A stretch of DNA of 60,056 nt, counting the filler, from Bipalium vagum (lineage: Eukaryota): assembly GCA_037834085.1 (NCBI GenBank). It is 3 parts of 3 records of this genome, joined end to end, with 100 filler letters (N's around TTAATTAATTAA, not from the genome) between each part and the next. Parts side by side here need not be neighbours in the genome. Positions count along the whole stretch, not along the records: positions 44,020 to 60,056 come from JBBMKC010130756.1; 2 more parts are not named here. One strand, written 5' to 3'. The notes beneath the pieces are model-generated. The model was not told where the DNA came from. It saw nothing but the letters and a program-made list of their open reading frames with translations, and did not search any database. The position numbers and the translations under genes were made by a program. This document shows, piece by piece, positions 50,871 to 60,056 of the stretch. Within the stretch, counting starts at the first letter, position 1. Each line of letters begins with the position of its first letter.

Positions 50871-53800
50871 CTATAAATAAATTCCCAGAAATGAGATAAT
50901 CATAAAAAAATCTATTATTTTCGACACCTTTATTGATTCTGAGAATGAAATGTAAACATATCTTCTCAGATATTGTCTAGAGTGGTTTGCTTCAATCAGA
51001 GGTCTAAAGTTGTCTACCATCTTTCCAGTCTCCGGTTTCATAAAATCAAAATTTCGTAATTGCTGCAGCTACATTGTAAAAAATTTAAGGTATTTTAAAA
51101 ATTATATTACTAAATTCAGGTTTAAATTTCTGTTCTATATTTAATATTTTATGTTATTATTTTATATTATTACTATTGAGTGTTCTAGTTATTATATCAA
51201 CTTTAGACCTTTTAAAAGGCGAACGTAATTAAGGAATTTTAATTTGCTTAAAAACATTATTTTTCGTTATTTCTACTGTTGGCATTAAATATCAATCGAA
51301 ATTAGGTACCACGAAATTGAGTGAAGAGGTTTGTTTGGGTATTTTCCATAGTATGAATTTCGACGGCCGACAAAAAAATCTGGTAAAAGTGAGAGTTTTA
51401 TCAGTTGAAAACTACAATATATCTTGAATGAAAGTCAGGATAGTCTGAAATAACAAAAAAGTGTTCGATTCTTAAAATCTATAGAAAAGAAAAACATCAT
51501 TCGTCTGTGATTATCAGTATTGTTCACTTGTTATATATATAATAAATAAAAATATTTTTCTTAATATCATTCACATATCTTTACTAATCTAAACGCTTTT
51601 TATCCATATCACTTAGGTCACAAAGCTTTCTGAAACTGGCAGAACAGTCTACATTTGCACCGTGCATACTTCTAGGATGAAATCTGAACATTTCTGAGGA
51701 AGATCATCATTCAAAATAAAAAAATGAACTTAATTTCTGAATCCAAGTATGTGATTAGCCATAGGAGTACCTTAATGAACCAAAAAAGTCACTGGAAAAC
51801 CTTTTTTTCAACGTGTCTCTCTTGAGAAACGAAAATAATTTCAAACTTCTAAATTAGAACAAAATCATCACAATAGCACAAGTAACATTATTCAATTAAT
51901 GAAAATAAGCAAAGAATTCAAAGATATAGTCAAGAAAAAGGAAGAGTATACATCTTTAAAATCTGTAGATTTCATATAACTAATACAATTGTTAAAAATA
52001 TTTCTTATTTATTCGTTTCAACTGTTTAACTAAAGTGAAAAGGAAACTATTTAAATTATATACTTTCGAGGCATAGTCGAAAACTTTCGGGAATTGAGAA
52101 TATGGAAAGGTTTAGTAAAATAATAAAAAATTTAATTATTTGGTATTGGTAAAATGGGAACAAAACAAACACTTTCGGAATTCACAAGATTGCAAATTAA
52201 TTTGTTGTTGGAAGAAACAATCATGACTCAACGTGAGATAGCGATGAAATTTAATTTGTCACATTCTGCTATCAAAAACGTGAAGAAAAAGATTAAAAAT
52301 GGACAGAACTAAAGTCTCAGTATCAAGGACCAGCTAGAAAAACAACTGCTAGAGACGATAGAACAATAATAAGCAAAACGTAGCGACTACGAAGGAAACC
52401 CATAAAAAAATACAATTTGAAATTGTAGTTTCAGGCGTAAATGTTTCGGTGAGGACTGTGCGTCGACGGCTGAGAGAGGCAAAAATTATTGCTAATCATC
52501 CAACCATAAAGTATAAATTAACACCAGAAATGATAAAGAAGAGAAATACAATGTCCGTCGTTGATCAAATGAAAGTTACTTATCTGAATATGTAAGCCAA
52601 AGGGTTAAGCATCCGATCCAAGTAATGATATGGTCCATTATATCTGCGAAAGGGGTTAGAAAACTTTATTTTGTAGATGAAAAAATGAATTTTCTGCAGT
52701 ACCTACAAGCGCTCCAGAATGAATTACGGCCTCAATTATGATTTTGGTTTTCTAGTCGTGAACAATTTCATGCATGACGGAGCACCTTGCCATAGAGCTA
52801 AGTTAATTCAAAAATATCTCAATGCAGAAAAATACCACTTTTGAACTGGCCATGTGATTTTTCTGACATGAATCCGATAGAGAAAGTTTGGAAAAATCAG
52901 CTCGCATGGAATCCTGATTGTTGTTTTCTCTCTTCATACAAATTTAAAGTTTTTGAAATAAACAAAAGTCGCAGTTGCCAAATCCAGTGAATGCAGGAAT
53001 GATAAAATATTTTATTTTCTGGTCAAAATATTCACTCTTCCTAGGCCTAAAGAATAATCCTTTTGAAATAGAAGAAAACTTATAGGGGTATCTTGATTCG
53101 ATTCATTTAAAAGTAAATCTCTTTCATTCTAAACTATCTTAAGAAATTCATTCCTGGGTTTAAACGCTCAGTGGTTCATATTGAAAGCAGTACTAATCAT
53201 CGAAATTAAAATTCTTCTAATGAATTTTTTATCTTAATCAGCTATTTTTATTCTTCATTGGATGTTCTAGTTAATTTTGATCAAATCTCGTTATTTTCTG
53301 ATAAAAATTTGCCTTGGAAACTGTGAGATAAATTGAAAATTATTCGGGGGATGTAGCTAAGCAGTCACAGCAGTTCATACGTATGTATAAGGTTAATTTA
53401 TCGATCAACAACGCCAATTTTCAAGGCTGAAATATCAATTGCCGTTTGGTATTTCATCCACCGCGCACGATCTTATTCTATTCAAATTAATGCTCGTCAC
53501 GGTCCAGTATTCAGACGATGCAGAAGATGCAATAAATCAGAGAAGATGCTGTCTCATGTTCTCGTTGATTGTCTTCCTTCTAGAATATTTGCAAATTATC
53601 GCCACAATTCAATTCAAGATCACTTGGCAGCGCAAATCAGACAGAACACAAAGGCCAAAGTCAATTCAGAAACCCAGTACTATAATTTCACCAAACGTAT
53701 AGATCTTAAAATTGAATTTACGCAGCAAAAAGTGTTATTCCACATCGACGTCGAATGGCCTAATGATACAGAAAATAATAAGATATTCTGGAATCATGGG

Positions 53801-56800
53801 AAAAATATGAGGCATTAAGAGGATCAAACGAAGAAAGCTCTGCCAGAATGAACCATCAATTTGGACACTTTCATGGTCAGATGTCTTGTTTCATGCATGA
53901 ATCGCAACGAAAGAATACTTAAAAGCCTCTAACTCTTAAAACGGAAGATAATAGAAATCGGCAAATTCTCGATTTCTTCAAGTGGACTGCAGCTCAATGG
54001 AAATTTTATCGGGATTTTGGGAAGACATCTATGAATTTCTGTGAAAATGAAAGACTATACTAATGAATTCAATCCTAGCTACCCAATATCCGACAACTTA
54101 GACGAAGAAATTGATCTGGATAAATATATTCAATGAACTAATATAACAAATATTTTTAAAAAAAATTGTGATATAATTTATTGAAATTTTATTTGTGTTT
54201 TATTTTATTGTCATACTATGCTCACAGCAATCTGCTGATGATTTATGTTCATCTATGTAAACATTTTTTGTAAAAAATACAATTTTGTTCGTTCGACACA
54301 GAGTATCTCCGAATAATTTTTAACTAGCAAGGCAACCACACCAGGACACCAATAGCGGATGAGGCGGAAAAGTAAAGGAAAGGAAATGAAAAAGGAAGTG
54401 AAGATATGCACATCAAACTTCTGATTTCCAGAAAAAATTTTGCACAGTTTGAAAAGAAAACAAACTATCCCTGAATGATCTTTTCAATCCAAAAATATGG
54501 AATTACACTTAAACAATATATTGTAACTTAGTGCATCTTCCCCAAATTAAAACAACACTTAATATTTGCTTGTTGGTTCTCAAAATTCTTGTAAGAACTA
54601 AAATAAAAACCGCCATTAAAATATCCATAAAGATCAAAGAAAGTACATTAGTCCATTAAGATTTTATTAATTTCTATGACAGACAGATACTACTATTAAC
54701 ACAATAAAATTACTTTCTTAGAGATGCGTTTATCATTGTTTTATATTTAACATCATTCACTTTTCCTATGGAATGCATCGTATATATATCCAATAATCAA
54801 TGATAAATACCTGCTCTTGGCTAATACGTACTGGTTCTAAGAATATATTCCATATAACAGGTTCTTCACAAGGTGGTACTGTTAAAGAACCTTCATATCT
54901 TAAATAATAAGTTAAGTCGTTCGGTAGAAAATCTTTTGGGTTCTTTTCATTCAGCCAAACGGCTTTCCCTGCATTTACTTCTTTAAATGATTTTAAAAGT
55001 TCTCCAATTTCTTTATTACTAGATCCAATCTGAAATAAAATTAATTACTTAAGCGATTTTGTTCTGAAATTAAAAGTAACAAATACTTGATATATCAAGT
55101 AAAGAAAAACTTTTGTTACTTACTATGAGGAGACTAATCAGACCTGGGGATTTTTTTAATTATTTATTTTAAATATTTTAATTATTTTAAAATATTTAAA
55201 AAGTAGGAATGAAATTTTAAAAAATAAAATTATTTTTTAAATTTAATAAAAAAAGAAATTTCCAGGTCTGAGAAAATTTGTTTAAATATTTTTTTTTATA
55301 TCACTTAATAAAATATATTAAAAAATGTCTTCTATTTCTGATTACAAACCAATTGATATTAACACTTATACATTTGCTACACCTAATCTATACCTCTTGT
55401 TTTAGTTTTTCAACTTAAGGTCATCTGTTGCTTACAAAAATATTATTTCGAAAAATTATTATTATTTTATTTTTGATAAATTTTAAATTCCAAAACTTTG
55501 AAAATTAATTTGACGCAAAGTACCCTGATTACCAAATAATGACTAAATTTAATCCGGAGTTCTTAATGTAACAAAATCATGAAATGCTCTGACTGCTTTA
55601 TCTCGGCTGTAATTTTATCTCCGCCAAAGATTTTGCTCAAATGTTGACTTAAAAATTTTATAATAATTGACTTTCTAAAAAAAATTTTCATCACCGAATG
55701 TGGTTCACTATAAAAAATAGAAATTTCATGAAATAAAATGTCAATGTAAACGCGGTTATGTCTAGAAATGGGATCTTTAAATGTATACATACAGGATGTC
55801 CCATAAGTCTCCGCAGAAAGTAAACTTAAATATCTTTCATTAAATTCAATCGATTGAAATTTCTATTTATATAATATTAAAGTATGTAAGTCTAAGTTTT
55901 GATTTAATATTTAAAAATTAAATTTAGCAAATGCCGCTTGATTTGAAGTTAAGAATCAAAATTGTACTTTTAATGGCCAAGTTAAACTCAATTTGTGTTG
56001 TTAAACGGAAATTAAATTAAATTAATTAAAACAAGTGAAAGTGCTATAAGAGAGACTTTTCATCGTTTTTGTGAGATTAACTCGGTAGAAGATCGGGAAC
56101 GTTCTGGAAGACCAAGGCTGATCACTAAAAATGAAGTTCAGATAATGAGTGAAGTTCGATCTGTTGCAACCACCTGCTCCATTTCGCGAACAACAACCCA
56201 TCGAATTATGAGAGAACAGTTATCATTGCAACCCTTTAAGGTCCATTTCACACAGGAATTACATGAAGAGGATTTGCAAGACAGAGTTGAGATGTGCAAA
56301 ACCATGGTCCTAATGTTAGAAAATGTTAGAAAAAATTAACATTTCCATTAGACACCAAAATCGTTTTTATCTGGTTTCAAAGACATGATCTGGCTACATT
56401 CAGAGACTCTAAAATTTTGTAATTCATTTTTTCCGGTAACTAATGCAACAATGACTTCCTTTTCATGTCTTGTGTGAGATTAAAATATATTTTCCATTTC
56501 TAAGCGAAAAAACGTTAATTAAACATTTTAATATTAAATATTGTGATTGATTTTTCTGCCACTTGGATATATAATATATTAAAACAAATTATTGTTCTCA
56601 AACTGCTTAAGTATCCTGTACTTATACAATACCGCTCAAAAGTATAAAGAAAGTACTACAAATTTCTAATATAAAATAAATAGATCATATTCATAAGGAT
56701 TTACTTTTTCAAAAAAGCTTATTCAAAAAGATTATGTAAATACTATATTTAAGTTAGTTTGTAAATCTCAAATGATATTTTTAATATAATATAAGTTAAT

Positions 56801-58611
56801 GATTTCAGAAACTAAAAGTTACGTGAGTATCGAAATTTGAAATAAAATTTAATTTTTGCATTTGTATTAAATTTGTTTGGTGCCTGCAGTGAAATTTGGA
56901 GGTGGTTCTGTTAGTGTCTTTGGGTGCTTGGAGGACAAAATATAGAGTTGTACAAAAAGAGAAAATCATGACAAAAGAGGTTAAGGCTATTTTGGAAAGA
57001 TGGCTAGAAATATATATATTTGCATGACAATGATCTCAAACACACGAGCAAGATATGGAAAGCCTACTTGGAGGACTTAGAACAACAGAATATTCTCAAA
57101 GTAATAGAATGGTTTCCTCAATTTCCAGATCTTAATCCTATTGAATTACTGTGGGATGAATTACACAAAAAAATTGACAATAAACATCTTTAACAAAGAA
57201 TTTTTGGGAGACAATACAATTAAAATGGTTTTCAATAACACTAGAAATTCTACGGAAATTGCTCAGTCTTATGTTGTGGATTTGTGTCTGTTATTAAAAA
57301 TCAGAGAGACTATTTTGATTAATGTTATATATGATATATAATAAATATTTTTCTTCTTAATTCAAATAAATATGAAAATGATGTTTAACTTTATAAATAA
57401 ATCAACAGTAAATCAATTGTTATAAACAATCTGTTTTATTTATGTTATATTTTAAAATGCGAGTACCTGCTTAATACTTTTCATCGGTAGTACATATATA
57501 TATATGATTCATTGGGACGACCAATTTATAATTTTCACTTCAAAGATATTTTTAAAATTGTTACATACCTCATACATAATGGCTAATACGTGGACACCTC
57601 TTACGTTTTTCTTGGCTATTTCCAATGTTTTATATTTTGCACAATTGTAAGCTACAATCTGTCCCTAAATAAAAATTGAGACATTAAATTTCAAACTCAG
57701 TGGAGCAAATTGACCTCCATTGGGAAAACTTTACCACCTATCATGTGTTCTGATCCTAATTCATCAGTGGAACCCCAATGCCAATGAATTTCTACAGGCC
57801 TTAAGCAACCTTTATTTCCAAATTTCAAATGCCACCTCTCAGTAAAGTTCAGTTGAACTAGATAAAAAGAAGTATTTTATTTAATATTTTAAAGTTTTAA
57901 ATAACTTTAATATAAATAATAATTTTAACAATTTTTTTAAGACACGTAATTCAAAACAGTCTACTTGTATGTGGAACTTTGGTAAGTATCATTTTTCTTT
58001 TGGGAGCGTTGGTATCAACAAAAGTAAAAGGTAGAAGTCTTTCATTACCTGGTCGAGTCTCGTTAATCCATATACTGATAGGTGACTGATTATAGCCTTG
58101 ACAATATCTATATGTAAAAATGTTATATAAATAAAATTTTAATGTTGCATATTTATAATAATCAAATAACTATTTGATATTTATTATATTTCACCGAAGG
58201 ATTAGTAAATAAAATTAGAAGCTTAGTAAAAGACAATTTTGTAATTCATTAAATTAATTCTAATTTTATATATAATTTAAGTGATTAGAATTATTTTTCA
58301 AATATCAAAGTTTATAATAATAAAGTTAATTAAAACTATTTAATATTCAGTGGCTTTTTATCGATTAATATAAAAAATATTTTACAAGTCAAAATAAATA
58401 AAATAAAATTCAGTTAAAGAAATTACGTCATTTTTAAATTACTCCAATTACTAGGACCTGGAATTTTAATGTCTCCCTTTTTGTATACCCAATTTCCTAT
58501 TAATAAAATAAGTGAAATGATATAATTAAAGAAGACCTAACCATTATAAACATGTATTAATGATAATAAAGATGTCAAAAAGAAAATTCCATCCTTATAA
58601 GACGTAATCAT
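50871..58611 (-). CDS. Alpha-carbonic anhydrase family protein (signal peptide, hydrophobic C-terminal tail, His119-equivalent is Gln)
   Basis: Exons 58611-58542 (signal peptide), 58496-~58443 (WVY..GPSNW), 58107-57965 (CQGYNQSPI..PHT), 57857-57715 (EIHWHWG..GSEH..FPME), 57664-57569 (GQIVAYN..GVHVLA), 55029-54811 (YLRYEGSLTVPPCEEPVIW) and 51068-50871 (MVDNFRP..). The exon 2/3 junction phase is unresolved. Confidence 0.85.
52060..52900 (+). mobile_element. Decayed Tc1-like element in the last intron of the CA gene
   Basis: VSVRTVRRRL, VKHPIQVMIW, FMHDGAPCHRAK and SDMNPIEKVW. Confidence 0.8.
53340..54130 (+). mobile_element. 3' end of an RLE-type non-LTR retrotransposon (NeSL/R2-like), 5'-truncated
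   Basis: WYFIHRAR..CRRCNKSEKMLSHVLVDC (CCHC knuckle)..RHNSIQDHL..RIDL..IDV, matching a restriction-like endonuclease pattern. Confidence 0.72.
55791..56340 (+). mobile_element. Tc1/mariner-superfamily 5' fragment (rosa/DD41D-like)
   Basis: TA-CAGGATGTCCCATAAG terminus; SVEDRERSGRP and FKVHFTQELHEEDLQDRVEMC. Confidence 0.65.
56627..57490 (+). mobile_element. Internally deleted Tc1 element
   Basis: Imperfect ~30-bp TIRs (TACCG.T.AAAAGTAT.AAG.A.GTACT), TA flanks; VKFGGGSV, HDNDLKHTSK and PDLNPIELLWDEL. Confidence 0.78.
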
Positions 58612-59972
58612 TTTAATTAATTGATTTATGAAAGTCTGATTCAAATTCAAATTTCGAAATAATATTTTATATTATGCATTATCTGAAATGAAAATTTAGT
58701 TTGTAATATTTAATTCAGTTAAAATATATTTGTTAATAATAAAAATAAATAATAAAATCAATAATATAAATAAAACATCAAATACTGAATATGAATTAAA
58801 ATGAGAAAGCATAAACATTCTTTCTTTTTCAAATTATCGGATATCAAGAGGTTTCAAGTCTATAATATTATGTTTTAAAAACACTTATTGGTATTTTTCA
58901 AATAATTTAAATTAGCGTGTCATTGTATGTTCAATTCTTTTTTCTTAAATTTATTAAGTTAATTTAATTATAATTAAATAATAATAATAATCGAAATTAT
59001 AATTAGTTATTTTAAAAATTACTTTTCCTTTTCTATTTCCATGAACACTAGGTATTCTTCCCCTTATTCCTTGTTTTATTAATTATAAATAATCATATAC
59101 TGATCGTCATAACCTTTTAAACATGACATAATTTAGTAATATACAAGTATTATGTTTAACTTTTTACAAATTGTACCTGCATGATAGAAGTGGTTTTGAA
59201 AGCTGTAAATATCATGTTTAAAATTCAATATTTGTTATGTACTGTAAATAAAATGAAAAAGACAAAAATGTCAATGTACCTCATTCCACTTCTTTTCATG
59301 TGCATTTAAAAAATCGGTAAAGAAATATTCAAATCATATTCAATTTTTAATTTATTTGGATTTACATTCTATTCCTATTTTTCAACTTGCCTATTACTCT
59401 TTTCATAATCAACTTTTCTGGTTTAATTATTGTAAACTTTATAAACGTTTCTTACAGATATCTTTCTTTGCATATCTGCATAAACTGATTAGAGTTTCTT
59501 GTTATTTTCTTAATTTTCCTTATTTGAGCGTAACTTGATCCATCTTTCTTTAAAACTAATGCTTTAGTTTTTTCCGCCAAACTTTTCATTTAATAGCTAA
59601 AATTAAAAAGAAATATTATACACAAATAACAAATAATTACATAACGTTTAATAAAATATTAGGAAATGCTTAATAAGTAATTGTTTGAAATATTATGCTT
59701 TAATTTAAAATGTAGACCTTGACAATTCTTATTTATATTATTTAAACAATTGATATTTCTAATATTATAAAAGATATATTACTTTGAAGTAATGTACAAT
59801 AACTGAATTTACTACAGTTAAATGAAAATATTTTAAACAAAATACATTTAATCACTTGTTATTAATAGAAAAAGGAATAAGAGGAGGAATTTCATCATAC
59901 ATGGTAACAGGCGAGTAAAATTAAATAATAAAAATAAACAAAATGAGGGTAAGACCCTTTTAATTACAACAG

Positions 59973-60056
59973 CAAACTGCAACAGGCAGTCACCTCAATC
60001 AAACTGCAACAATCGGCAGTCACACAAAAGAAAACAAACAAACTGCACAGGCAGTC
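59973..60056. repeat. Three spaced copies of an 18-24 bp self-complementary repeat, cut by the window end
   Basis: CAAACTGCAACAGGCAGTCAC, CAAACTGCAACAATCGGCAGTCAC and CAAACTGCACAGGCAGTC. Confidence 0.7.

Noticed and set aside
51600-51810. Extra CA exon or nested gene in the last CA intron
   Set aside because: Stops in the frames examined, and the CA model is complete in phase without it.
59973-60056. CRISPR-like repeat-spacer array
   Set aside because: Eukaryotic context, spacers only 6-15 nt and unequal, repeats vary internally, no cas genes.

Overview
A very AT-rich (roughly 25-30% GC by eye), transposon-dense animal genomic region with many 44-52 nt GT-AG introns. This is compatible with a free-living flatworm such as a triclad, but that is inference only. 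Two 100-bp spacers (N44-TTAATTAATTAA-N44, at 20643-20742 and 43920-44019) look like artificial contig joins, so the window is best read as three independent pieces. Host genes supported: (1) a 5-exon, ~1260-aa HP1-family gene (5273-14396, +) with an unusual layout of two chromodomains, a chromoshadow domain and a ~570-aa S/N/Q/P-rich tail; (2) two paralogous secreted C-type-lectin + PAN/apple genes facing away from each other (23076-23811 -, 42291-43039 +) that share a double-CCAAT upstream motif; (3) an alpha-carbonic-anhydrase-family gene (50871-58611, -) whose third zinc ligand is Gln, plus the last exon of a convergent paralog (45589-45804, +). Most of the remainder is decayed mobile DNA: many Tc1/mariner/pogo copies and MITEs, a Merlin-type nested-palindrome MITE with an 8-bp TSD, a Gypsy element with a tRNA-Trp-type PBS, a solo-LTR family, a NeSL/R2-like non-LTR 3' end, hAT remnants, and at least five Polinton/Maverick relics (pPolB, integrase, packaging ATPase, capsid-like and PLA2-like pieces). 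Boundaries of decayed elements are approximate; all assignments come from motif recognition without database searches.
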